Below the pieces are notes generated by a model. That model had not been told where the DNA came from and searched no databases. It worked only from the letters and a program-made list of their open reading frames with translations. 32,000 nt of DNA, taken from NCBI RefSeq assembly GCF_000698785.1, contig NZ_CP007536.1, forward strand, positions 120,001 through 152,000. The letters run 5' to 3'. The position numbers and the translations under genes were made by a program. Origin of the DNA: Nitrososphaera viennensis EN76 (GTDB lineage: Archaea > Thermoproteota > Nitrososphaeria > Nitrososphaerales > Nitrososphaeraceae). Positions 24,335 through 32,000 of this stretch are shown here, piece after piece (the stretch's first letter is position 1; the number at the start of each line of letters is the position of its first letter).

Positions 24335-25282
24335 TTGATCACAATCCTCGCAGGAGGCACGGGCTCTGTCAAGCTGGCAAGGGGCCTTGCACGGCTGGAA
24401 AAAAAGAAGGAGGGTATAAACGTAATAGCAAACGTGGGCGACAACATCTGGCTCTACGGGCTGTACGTCTGCCCCGACATCGACACCCTAGTCTACGGGC
24501 TTGCCGGCTTGCTTGACGAAGAGCGCGGCTGGGGCGTCAAGGGCGACACGTTTTCCTTCCTTGGCCAGATGAAAAGGGCCGGTGTAGACGCGTGGTTCGG
24601 GCTTGGGGACAGGGACCTTGCCACGCACGTCCTGCGCACAGAGATGATAAAGAGTAGAAAGAAGAGCCTGACGCAGGTCACGGCCTATTTTGCCGAAAAA
24701 TTTGGCGCGGGTGCAGCCAAGGTGCTCCCGGCCACCGACAGCGAGGTGGAGACCATGATAACAACAGATGCCGGCGAGATGCACCTGCAGGAATTCTGGG
24801 TGAAAAACGCCGGGAGCCCTGAAGTGCACAGCGTTCGGTACAGGGGGATTGGCAAGGCGCGGGCCACGAGGCAGGCACTTGCCGCCATAGAGGATGCAGA
24901 CAGGATAATAATCGCGCCTGGAAACCCCGTGTCCAGCATCGGGCCCACGCTGGCGCTCAAAGACATCAGGGCGGCCCTTGCAAAAAGGCGCGCAGACGTG
25001 GTTGCAGTGTCGCCGATAATAGGTAACGCCGCGGTGTCCGGGCCGGCGGTCAAGTACATGCGCGCCGTGGGCGTACAATCCTCCGCCGCCGGCGTCGCGG
25101 AATTCTACAAAGACGTGGCCGGCTCTATGGTAATAGACAGCCGTGACAGGGAGGTCGCCAGCAACATGATAAGGCGGCTTGGCATGGACGTGCACGAAAC
25201 AAACATAACCATGCAAGGAAGACAAGACGAAGTCCGGCTAGGCAGGTACCTGCTGCTATTGCTACAGCGGAAGTCTCACTGA
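24335..25282 (+). CDS. cofD: 2-phospho-L-lactate transferase (F420 biosynthesis)
   Basis: Signatures: ITILAGGTGSVKLARGL, NVIANVGDNIWLYGLYVCPDIDTLVYGLAGL, GWGVKGDTF, IIIAPGNPVSSIGP. TTG 24335 is preferred because the track ORF start (24104) overlaps the divergent surface-protein gene. The TATA-like tatataataaa lies about 30 nt upstream. Confidence 0.8.
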   Translation: MITILAGGTGSVKLARGLARLEKKKEGINVIANVGDNIWLYGLYVCPDIDTLVYGLAGLLDEERGWGVKGDTFSFLGQMKRAGVDAWFGLGDRDLATHVLRTEMIKSRKKSLTQVTAYFAEKFGAGAAKVLPATDSEVETMITTDAGEMHLQEFWVKNAGSPEVHSVRYRGIGKARATRQALAAIEDADRIIIAPGNPVSSIGPTLALKDIRAALAKRRADVVAVSPIIGNAAVSGPAVKYMRAVGVQSSAAGVAEFYKDVAGSMVIDSRDREVASNMIRRLGMDVHETNITMQGRQDEVRLGRYLLLLLQRKSH

Positions 25283-25283
25283 A

Positions 25284-25967
25284 TTGACAACTCCAACAAC
25301 AACAAAAACAATAATCGCCATAATCCCCGTCAAGAGATTTGAAAACTCCAAGAGCCGCCTGTCTACAGTCCTTGGCCTCCAAGACCGCGTGCGACTTTCG
25401 GGGCTCATGCTGGAAGACACGCTTGCAACCCTTGGCAAGTGCAGGTCGCTTGCAGAAATTGCGGTGGTGTCGGCAGACGAGAGGGCCGGCGAAATAGCCC
25501 TGAGGCACGGAGCGACCATCCTCTCGCAGGCGCAGGACGCCGGGGTCAACTCTGCGGTCGCGGTTGCAGACAGGTACGCCGTGCAAGAAAAGCATGCGGA
25601 CGCGACCATCGTCATCCCGCAGGACCTGCCGCTCCTTGGCGCGGGCGACGTTGACGGCATCTGCTCTGCCGCTTCGGACCGCTGCATAGTCATCTGCCCG
25701 TCGCTTCGCTACGACGGCACAAACCTGCTCCTGCGCATGCCGCCCGGCGTCATTCCCACGTCGTACGACAACAACAGCTACGACTCACACATCCTGTCGG
25801 CAAGTGCGCAGGGCGCGGCTGTTCGCGTTATTGAGCAGGAGCACCTCATGTTTGACATTGACACGCAAGAGGACGCAAGGCAGCTTGTGCAGATGGATCT
25901 TCGCGAAGTAGTGGCCAAGAATGTGGCTTTGTTTCTAAAGGAAAAACTACTGTCACTATCTCTCTAG
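25284..25967 (+). CDS. cofC: 2-phospho-L-lactate guanylyltransferase (F420 biosynthesis)
   Basis: IIAIIPVKRFENSKSRLSTVL...MLEDTL...VVSAD is followed by IPQDLPLL and CPSLRYDGTNLL. It lies immediately downstream of cofD. Confidence 0.7.
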   Translation: MTTPTTTKTIIAIIPVKRFENSKSRLSTVLGLQDRVRLSGLMLEDTLATLGKCRSLAEIAVVSADERAGEIALRHGATILSQAQDAGVNSAVAVADRYAVQEKHADATIVIPQDLPLLGAGDVDGICSAASDRCIVICPSLRYDGTNLLLRMPPGVIPTSYDNNSYDSHILSASAQGAAVRVIEQEHLMFDIDTQEDARQLVQMDLREVVAKNVALFLKEKLLSLSL

Positions 25968-26360
25968 TATGCGCACGGTAGAGCTGTACGACGAAACGAG
26001 CAATTCTACCCTTGCGCCTATCTCGAGATCCTGCACATCGCGCTCTGAGACAGGGTACTTTACCACCGTGCCGCGCTTTACCTGAAAGACCCTGTCGTCG
26101 CCCTCTATCAGGACGGAGATGGTGTTTGTGAGCCTCCTCTTGTCCCCGAACTTGATCACGCCGATGCCCTTTTCAACGATCTGGCCTTCCACCATCGAGA
26201 AACTCTGCGCCGAGGCTGCAAGCGCGACTGCGCCAAGCACGATGAGGCCGGCGCACAGCACGACGGTCACGTCCCTCCAGTCCGGCACAGGCGCGAGGAT
26301 GTTTCTGCCCGGCTTATGTCTGTTCTTCTCTTTTCTCTTAAATAGTGGCTGGCCCTGCAT
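25956..26360 (-). CDS. Hypothetical small membrane-anchored protein (TM plus beta-rich domain)
   Basis: Only the C-terminal 134 codons of the 275-aa track ORF look protein-like (VTVVLCAGLIVLGAVALAASA, then EGQIVEKGIGVIKFGDKRRL...). The start is at Met 26360, or at an internal GTG at about 26290 (VPDWRD). Confidence 0.5.
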   Translation of the reverse strand: MQGQPLFKRKEKNRHKPGRNILAPVPDWRDVTVVLCAGLIVLGAVALAASAQSFSMVEGQIVEKGIGVIKFGDKRRLTNTISVLIEGDDRVFQVKRGTVVKYPVSERDVQDLEIGARVELLVSSYSSTVRILER

Positions 26361-26384
26361 AGACGCAGGTAATAAAATATTATT

Positions 26385-27035
26385 ATGCACCCGGAGCTTC
26401 TGGCGAAGGCACTCGCCGCCATGTCGCAGGATACTACGCTTGACCAGTTCTGCCGGGACGCCGGCATTGCAAGCAGGTCTGTGGCAAGGAGCCTTGCAGA
26501 GGCGCTCCTTTCCCGGGGCATCGGCAGGGGTTCCCCAAGCGCCATGTCGTTTTCGCCCGGCGACAGGCTGGCTGCCGCCGCGCTTGCGCTGGAGGCAGGG
26601 TGCGACCCGGAGCGCGTGTCGCAGCACCTGACCTGGAGGGACTTTGAGCAGCTTGCCGCCGGCGTGCTTGCCTCGCTTGGTTACAGCACAAGGACCAACG
26701 TGCGCTTTACAAAGCCGCGCATGGAGCTGGACGTCGTGGGCACGAGCGCCGCCGGCCTTGCGCTTGCGGTGGACTGCAAGCACTGGAAGAGGAGCAACCT
26801 TTCGTCAATATCTCAGCACTGTGCCCGGCAGGCAAAAAGGGCGGACGAGCTGCTAAGGCGTGAAAGCAATATATCCGCGGCCGTCCCCGTCGTCATGACG
26901 CTGCACGCGGCGAGCGTGCGCCTCGTGGGCGGGATGCCTGTCGTCCCGGTGGCAAAATTCCACTCGTTTGCGATGGACGTGCGCGGGTTCCTCGACGAAG
27001 TCCTTGTAGTCACGCGAGGGCCTGCATCGCGATAA
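26385..27035 (+). CDS. Restriction-endonuclease-fold (Mrr-cat-like) domain protein
   Basis: WRDFEQLAAGVLASLGYSTRTNVRFTKPRMELDVVGTSAAGLALAVDCKHWKR matches the FE..v..ll...GY....D.GiD......v.vQcK pattern of Mrr-type nuclease domains. The true start may be Met 26421. Confidence 0.55.
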   Translation: MHPELLAKALAAMSQDTTLDQFCRDAGIASRSVARSLAEALLSRGIGRGSPSAMSFSPGDRLAAAALALEAGCDPERVSQHLTWRDFEQLAAGVLASLGYSTRTNVRFTKPRMELDVVGTSAAGLALAVDCKHWKRSNLSSISQHCARQAKRADELLRRESNISAAVPVVMTLHAASVRLVGGMPVVPVAKFHSFAMDVRGFLDEVLVVTRGPASR

Positions 27036-28803
27036 AGACGGCGACCGTGGTCCCGACAAACACCTTTGTTATGTTCATAGCCCGGTCCAGGGCGCCGGAA
27101 TAGTCCTGGAACTGCTTTTCGCCCATCACTTTGACCTCTGACCTGGCCGAAGAGACCTCGTACGTGCACGGGCTTGCCCGCTCTTGCGCTACCCTGCACA
27201 TCTCTGCATAGGCGCCGGCGATCGCGTCCTGGTCGCTTGCGCCTCCAAGTGCAAAGTATCCTTCGCTCGTCCTCTTGCCCGAAGTCGAATGAGTGTCAGA
27301 CGAACACACCTCGAGCATCGTGATGCCGTTATTGCTGTTATTGTTGCTGCTGCCTGCCCTTGCCACCACCTTGTCCCTGAGGGCGTTGTCCATGTTGTTC
27401 GAGTCGGCCCAGCCGATGGCAAAAGTCCTTCCCTGAGTGACGATGGCAATCGCCGCAAGGCCTGCCTGCCCGAGGTCATGGGAGTTATGCAGGCTGTGCT
27501 TGACATCTGCAAGGCCCGCAAAGCCTGCCGAAAACTCGTACTGCGCCTTTTCCTTGCCTGCCTCGTCAAGGCACTTTTTTGCCGCCGCGACAAGGTCCGA
27601 GATGTCCTGGTCGCCCAGCTGCGCGCCCATCGCGTTGTGGCAGTCTACGAGCAGCAGGTGGTCCATGCCAAGTCCCTCCGCATACGATTCAAGCTCCTTT
27701 CTCACGCTCTGGGGCACGTCCTCCATGCCCTTTGGCGCAAGCGAGAGCATGAGGAGCGCGCTCTTGCCAAACACGATGGCAGTGGCAGTAGCGTTTCCCT
27801 GGCGGTGCTGCACCGGAAGCGAGCACGTCTTGCCCCTGCTCTGGACGGCCGCACCTGACAGGCTTGAGATGTACCTGTCGACTTCAGCCTTTGAGGGGAT
27901 GTTGAGCGAGTGGTCAGACACGCTGTGCATGACAAGCGCGCTCTTGCCGAACCTTTCGTAAAGCACGTACGGCAGGTTGCTCCCGCCCACGCTGCCAAAC
28001 GGCCCCGGGTGGATGTCCGGGAGGATTATCGCCGACTGATTGTTGCCCGCTCCTTGCGGCAGGAACCTGATTATCCTTGTCGACACGGACTCGTCGTGCG
28101 CCCTGGACTCCAGGTACTCCTCAAGGCCGCCTGCCTTGTTCTCTGTCCATGCGGAGAGGAACGCCTGCAGAACACGGAACGTGCTTGGGATCTCGGGCCT
28201 TCCCGCCCTGTCGACTATGGCGGCCCAAGAGATCGCAAGCGCCACAAACAGCGCGCCAAAGCCAAGGCCGGCCGGATCGGTAATGACAATGTTGTAGGAC
28301 TGCGCTGGCACGAAGGCAAGGAAGAATATGAGCGGCTGCACGAGACATATGGCGATGGCCCTGCCCATGCCTGCGCCAAACACCGACACAAAGATGCTGA
28401 TGCGCAGGCCGGCGGCAAGCAGCATCCCTGCCACGATATAGTCAGTCGTCCCCGGCTTGGCAAAAACTGTGCTTGCCAGTATGCCCACGATGACGGTGAT
28501 CGCCCACAGCAGGTTTGCAAACGACGTGACATGGACCACCTTGGACATCTTGTTGACCGGCGTGCCCCGCAGCATTGCAAAGTCGAGGTACGTGAGGCCC
28601 ACAAGCACTGCAAGCCCAAGCGGCAGGTGCACCGCAAGGCTTGTCATGTCGGTCTGGAGGTGGAAAACGTGCGATACCGCGATGACCACCGCGGCGCACG
28701 CAAGCATCATCGCGTACGACGCCCGGAGCGAGCCCGGTGTTATCCTTGTAAAAGACCACCGTCTATGGATGTTGGAAACGTCGTCCTGCTTTGCCGCAAG
28801 CAT
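27010..28803 (-). CDS. Polytopic membrane protein with a large C-terminal soluble domain (possibly the archaeal DUF2070 family)
   Basis: 597 aa. About 6-7 N-terminal TM helices are followed by a soluble region (ILPDIHPGPFGSVGGSNLPYVLYE...). The family name is from memory only. The start lies 6 nt downstream of the Sec61-beta stop, suggesting an operon. Confidence 0.45.
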   Translation of the reverse strand: MLAAKQDDVSNIHRRWSFTRITPGSLRASYAMMLACAAVVIAVSHVFHLQTDMTSLAVHLPLGLAVLVGLTYLDFAMLRGTPVNKMSKVVHVTSFANLLWAITVIVGILASTVFAKPGTTDYIVAGMLLAAGLRISIFVSVFGAGMGRAIAICLVQPLIFFLAFVPAQSYNIVITDPAGLGFGALFVALAISWAAIVDRAGRPEIPSTFRVLQAFLSAWTENKAGGLEEYLESRAHDESVSTRIIRFLPQGAGNNQSAIILPDIHPGPFGSVGGSNLPYVLYERFGKSALVMHSVSDHSLNIPSKAEVDRYISSLSGAAVQSRGKTCSLPVQHRQGNATATAIVFGKSALLMLSLAPKGMEDVPQSVRKELESYAEGLGMDHLLLVDCHNAMGAQLGDQDISDLVAAAKKCLDEAGKEKAQYEFSAGFAGLADVKHSLHNSHDLGQAGLAAIAIVTQGRTFAIGWADSNNMDNALRDKVVARAGSSNNNSNNGITMLEVCSSDTHSTSGKRTSEGYFALGGASDQDAIAGAYAEMCRVAQERASPCTYEVSSARSEVKVMGEKQFQDYSGALDRAMNITKVFVGTTVAVFIAMQALA

Positions 28804-28809
28804 CGGTGC

Positions 28810-28980
28810 TCATCCGGCAGGGAAAACGATCCTGATGATAACCGAGACGCCAATCATTGCACCGGCGATAGCCATGACTATCTCGGGCTTGACCTTAATC
28901 CCCTTTGTTTCGTCTTCAAAGAACCTGAGAAGGCCTGCGCTTGAAGCCGGCAGCGGGGCGTTCTTTTTCTTGCTGCTCAT
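28810..28980 (-). CDS. secG: Preprotein translocase subunit Sec61-beta (archaeal SecG), 56 aa
   Basis: Hand translation: MSSKKKNAPLPASSAGLLRFFEDETKGIKVKPEIVMAIAGAMIGVSVIIRIVFPAG. It has the conserved SSAGL.RFF motif plus a C-terminal tail-anchor TM. A TATA-like tttaaaag sits about 28 nt upstream. It is below the 60-aa ORF-track cut-off. Confidence 0.8.
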   Translation of the reverse strand: MSSKKKNAPLPASSAGLLRFFEDETKGIKVKPEIVMAIAGAMIGVSVIIRIVFPAG

Positions 28981-29024
28981 TTACGGTTCTAGTCATACTC
29001 CCTTCTTTTAAATACATTCCGATG

Positions 29025-29399
29025 CTACTTTGCAGAAAGGGCCTTCATCTTTTCGAGTATGCGCAGGTACGCTTCTAGCAACTCGGCCTTTTGCCTCTGG
29101 ACGGCCGTATCCTTTTCGTCCTTGAGTTCGGATGCAAGCCCGGCTATCTTCCCCTCAACTATGGCCGCCGAGGCGCCGAGGCCCGCGGCCTGGACCTGTG
29201 GAGCTGTTGTTGTTTTTTGCTCCCCCTTGGCCGCGTTTTCGTACCCGCAGTTGATGCAGCTGGTCTTGTCTGCAAGCCTCACCTGCACCCCTCCGCACTT
29301 TGGGCAGGGTTCGCTCACAAGCGTGCCTCCCTTGAGAAGGGCAGACGCGGCGCTCTTTATCCTTGCGCCACCGCTCCCAGCAGCATCAGGGGAAGACAT
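29025..29399 (-). CDS. Zinc-ribbon protein of the UPF0148 / Sjogren autoantigen p27-like family
   Basis: AASALLKGGTLVSEPCPKCGGVQVRLADKTSCINCG is followed by a coiled-coil tail. Met 29399 (MSSPDAAG) is preferred over 29426. Confidence 0.55.
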   Translation of the reverse strand: MSSPDAAGSGGARIKSAASALLKGGTLVSEPCPKCGGVQVRLADKTSCINCGYENAAKGEQKTTTAPQVQAAGLGASAAIVEGKIAGLASELKDEKDTAVQRQKAELLEAYLRILEKMKALSAK

Positions 29400-29520
29400 G
29401 TGAAAGCAGATGGGAGTCACCTGCACAAATATCTATCTTCTTTCTGTGCATCTTGGGTGTCAGTCTCCCAAGTGAAAAAGCCAAAGCCGTTTAAATATTA
29501 GGCTAGCCTAAGGACCGGTA

Positions 29521-29634
29521 CTCGGTGCAGCTGGAGCACTGGGTCTATTGGCATCAGTCACTAACCATCAACCACCAGCATGACCCTGGGTGGCAGCGGG
29601 AATATATCTCTCCCCTGCACCTTTGGTCCTTTTC
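29521..29634 (+). ncRNA. Candidate small structured RNA with its own TATA box (family unknown; strand uncertain)
   Basis: An orphan TATA-like tttaaatatta at 29490-29500 is not positioned for either flanking gene. GGTGCAG (29524-29530) pairs perfectly with CTGCACC (29615-29621). An outer pair AAGGACC (29510-29516) / GGTCCTT (29625-29631) also forms. A TTTT run follows at 29630-29633. No credible ORF is present. Confidence 0.3.
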
Positions 29635-29694
29635 AGTTATTCTCTCATACATGACAAGGCTTAATAATAGGCATCGTGAAAATCGTGTTACTCG

Positions 29695-30003
29695 ATGGCG
29701 GTTATCTGCAAAAAATGCGGCCTCCCTGATGACCTTTGCGCGTGCGGGGAGCTCGACAAGGAAGATGCACGAATTGTCATCCGCCTAGAGACGCGGCGCT
29801 GGTCCAAGACTACCACCCTGATAGAGGGCATTAACCCCAAACTATCCGATATGCAGAAAATAGTCAAGGACCTAAAGAGCAGCTTTGCCTGCGGCGGGAC
29901 TGCCAAGGACGGCTTTATCATGCTCCAGGGCGACCACCGGGACGACGTCAAGGGCTATCTGGTAAAGAAAGGCTTTAGCGAGGAAGCAATCGAAGTCCAG
30001 TAG
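29695..30003 (+). CDS. Translation initiation factor aSUI1 (eIF1 homologue)
   Basis: N-terminal zinc knuckle CKKCGLPDDLCAC, then IVIRLETRRWSKTTTLIEGI...LKSSFACGGTAKDGFIMLQGDHRDDVKGYL. The TATA-like ttaataata lies about 30 nt upstream. Confidence 0.85.
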   Translation: MAVICKKCGLPDDLCACGELDKEDARIVIRLETRRWSKTTTLIEGINPKLSDMQKIVKDLKSSFACGGTAKDGFIMLQGDHRDDVKGYLVKKGFSEEAIEVQ

Positions 30004-30070
30004 TAGCAGAAGCAGCCGTAGCACTAGAGATAAGTTATTTTACTTGCTTCTGTAAATAGCGTCACCAGAA

Positions 30071-31978
30071 TTGCGGCGGGACGGCCTTTCGATTCCCTTT
30101 GCGGCACTTGCCGTGGCAGTCGCAATAACCATTTTTGCATGGTACACTGTGACAGTCTTTGTCAACGACCTGGAACAGGCCCGTTTTGACGACGAGGTCC
30201 TTGCAACCGTGTTTTCGATAAACAACCGCATGCAGGAGTACGAGCAGGTGCTCTTTGGCGGAAAGGGCCTCTTTGCCTCATCGCAGCAGGTGGAAAGGGC
30301 AGAGTGGAAGGCTTTTGTGGACAACCAGATGATCCCGCACAGGTTCCCCGGAGTGCAGGGCATTGGCTTTATCGAGCGCGTCCCTGCAGGCGAGCTTGCA
30401 TCGCACGTTGCGAGCATGCGCAGCGAAGGATTTGCAGATTATGCCGTGCAGCCGGAAAGCCAAAAACAAGAGTATTATCCTGTCGTGTTTATCGAGCCGT
30501 TTGACGCAAGAAACCGGCAGGCGCTCGGCTTTGACGTGTCGTCCGAGCAGGTTAGAAACGCGGCAATATCCAGGGCGCTGGAAAGCGGCCAGACGACGAT
30601 AACGGGCAAGATAACCCTGATAACAGAAACCGAGGCCGACATGCAGAGAGGGTTTCTGATGCTGGTCCCCGTGTACGAAAACGGCATGCCTGCCGGCACG
30701 CCGGACGAGCGCCGCGAAAGCATCAGGGGCTTTGTCTATGCGCCGTTTCGCATGAATGACCTCATGAACGGCATAATGAGCCTGACTGCCCGCGACATCA
30801 CGTTTTCCGTATACGATGGCCAGCCTGCGAGCGAAAGCCTGATGTTTGACCTTGCCGCAGTCACCGGGACCAAAGAGGGCGAGATTGACGGGTCGCTTGA
30901 AAAAACCGTCATAATGGACATAGGGGGCAGGCAGTGGACGCTAGAGTTTGCCGCGCTCGACTCCATACACTCTGGATTCAACCTCTTTATACCGTACGTC
31001 GTGCTTGCTGTCGGCTTTGCGCTCAGCGGCGTGCTGTTTTACGTGATGTACTCTGCCAGCAGGCTGCGCGAAGAGACGGCTGAGCTTGCCTGGGCCGCAG
31101 AAGAGATAGCAAGGGGCAATCTTGACGTCCGGCTCGACGCCGGGCTCCTTGGGTCGCAGGACCGGGTGGGCAGCCTTGCGCGCGTCTTTGACGAGATGCG
31201 AAAAAGCGTCAAGGCCGGCACGGACGACCTGAAAAAGATGAACGAAGACCTGGTACGCATCGACAAGATGAAGGAGGAGTTTTCGTCGATGGTGAGCCAC
31301 GAGCTAAAGTCGCCGCTTACTCCGATAAAGTTTGGCGCAGACGCGCTCTTGGACCCTGAAAGCGCCGGCAACCTGACAGAGGATCAGAAGGGGTACGCAA
31401 GGATGGTCATGCGCAACGCGACCAAGATGGAGAACCTGATAAACGACCTGATGGACTCGTACAAGCTTGACATAGACAAGCTGACCTTTGTCATGACCGA
31501 AAACGACATCGGGCAGATGGTCTCCCAGTGCGTTGCAGACCTTGCGCCCTATGCCAAGGACAAGGCGATAAAGCTGGAGGCCGACGTAAAGGCGTCCGGC
31601 ACAATACTATGCGACAGAAAGCGAATCGACCAGGTGATCGCAAACCTCGTGAAAAACTCTGTCGATTTCGTGCCGGAAAGCGGGGGCAGGATAACGGTCA
31701 GGGCACAGGACGCTGGAAACAAGGAAGATGAAGTGGTGTTTTCCGTGGAGGACAACGGGATAGGCATCCCTGCCGACAAGGTGGACAAGTTGTTTGAAAA
31801 GTTCTACCAGATAGACACGTCTGCAAAAAGAAAGTTTGGCGGAAGCGGCCTTGGCCTGCCGATTTCAAAGGGCATAGTGGAGGCGCACGGGGGCAGGATC
31901 TGGGCGGACAGGGAATACAAAGGCGGGGCGGCCATCCGCTTTGCGCTGCCAAGAAAAAGAAGCCTCCAGAAGCCCTGA
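30071..31978 (+). CDS. Sensor histidine kinase: TM - CHASE extracellular domain - TM - HAMP - HisKA - HATPase_c
   Basis: CHASE-like region: VERAEWKAFVDNQ...FPGVQGIGFIERV...YYPVVFIEPFDARNRQALGFDVSSE...GFLMLVPVY. H-box: FSSMVSHELKSPLTPI. N/G boxes: NLVKNSVDF, VEDNGIGIP, GGSGLGLPISKGIVEAHGGRIW. TTG start. Confidence 0.85.
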   Translation: MRRDGLSIPFAALAVAVAITIFAWYTVTVFVNDLEQARFDDEVLATVFSINNRMQEYEQVLFGGKGLFASSQQVERAEWKAFVDNQMIPHRFPGVQGIGFIERVPAGELASHVASMRSEGFADYAVQPESQKQEYYPVVFIEPFDARNRQALGFDVSSEQVRNAAISRALESGQTTITGKITLITETEADMQRGFLMLVPVYENGMPAGTPDERRESIRGFVYAPFRMNDLMNGIMSLTARDITFSVYDGQPASESLMFDLAAVTGTKEGEIDGSLEKTVIMDIGGRQWTLEFAALDSIHSGFNLFIPYVVLAVGFALSGVLFYVMYSASRLREETAELAWAAEEIARGNLDVRLDAGLLGSQDRVGSLARVFDEMRKSVKAGTDDLKKMNEDLVRIDKMKEEFSSMVSHELKSPLTPIKFGADALLDPESAGNLTEDQKGYARMVMRNATKMENLINDLMDSYKLDIDKLTFVMTENDIGQMVSQCVADLAPYAKDKAIKLEADVKASGTILCDRKRIDQVIANLVKNSVDFVPESGGRITVRAQDAGNKEDEVVFSVEDNGIGIPADKVDKLFEKFYQIDTSAKRKFGGSGLGLPISKGIVEAHGGRIWADREYKGGAAIRFALPRKRSLQKP

Positions 31979-32000
31979 CAATAAGGCATTTAAGCCGGCC

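Noticed and set aside
26361-26783. Upstream 141 codons of the 275-aa minus-strand ORF
   Set aside because: This part is Arg/Gly/Ala/Pro/Lys-rich and antisense to the Mrr-like gene. Only the last 134 codons look like a real protein.
29525-29788. 87-aa ORF spanning the sui1 promoter and start
   Set aside because: It runs through a TATA box and out of frame into sui1, and its His/Trp/Gln-rich product is implausible. The region is better explained as a non-coding or structured RNA candidate.
1-32000. Search for CRISPR arrays, IS or transposase genes, integrases, rRNA and tRNA genes
   Set aside because: No regularly spaced 24-40-nt direct repeats were seen by eye. No DDE, tyrosine- or serine-recombinase motifs and no rRNA or tRNA-like conserved strings were seen either. 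A computational scan could still find short elements I missed.

Overview
This is an archaeal chromosome segment. The gene content suggests a Nitrososphaera-like ammonia-oxidising thaumarchaeon (inference only, no search was possible). Markers include CdvA, Tsr3, aSUI1, Sec61-beta, CofC/CofD, RNase P RNA, heme-copper oxidase subunit I, a double-length ThyX, an NSUN methyltransferase next to a Nip7-like PUA protein, and a CHASE histidine kinase.

Positions ~7294-32000 look like ordinary, G+C-rich core genome. Many long antisense ORFs there are compositional artefacts.

Positions 1-~7290 are compositionally different. By rough hand counts on a few 60-nt lines they are about 40-50% G+C versus about 55-60% elsewhere, with A/T-ending and AGA/AGG codons. 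This stretch looks like the right end of an accessory island.

The island core is a translationally coupled three-gene operon:
- a 1018-aa SF2 DExH helicase
- a 585-aa DUF1998/MZB zinc-binding protein
- a 286-aa single-HKD phospholipase-D-family protein

This matches the DrmA-DrmB-DrmC gene order of DISARM. No methyltransferase and no SNF2/DrmE partner is visible in the window. The operon also has atypical features: extra zinc ribbons in both large proteins and a wHTH-like N-terminus on the PLD protein. A BglII/BamHI-like PD-(D/E)xK nuclease lies convergently next to it, and a divergent uncharacterised gene sits across an operator-like inverted repeat. I consider this the best candidate for an undescribed or atypical defence system.

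Other items missed by the ORF track:
- an RNase P RNA (19374-19660)
- a 56-aa Sec61-beta gene
- two other sub-60-aa ORFs
- a possible ~110-nt structured RNA with its own TATA box upstream of sui1

No CRISPR array, tRNA, rRNA or transposase was recognised.
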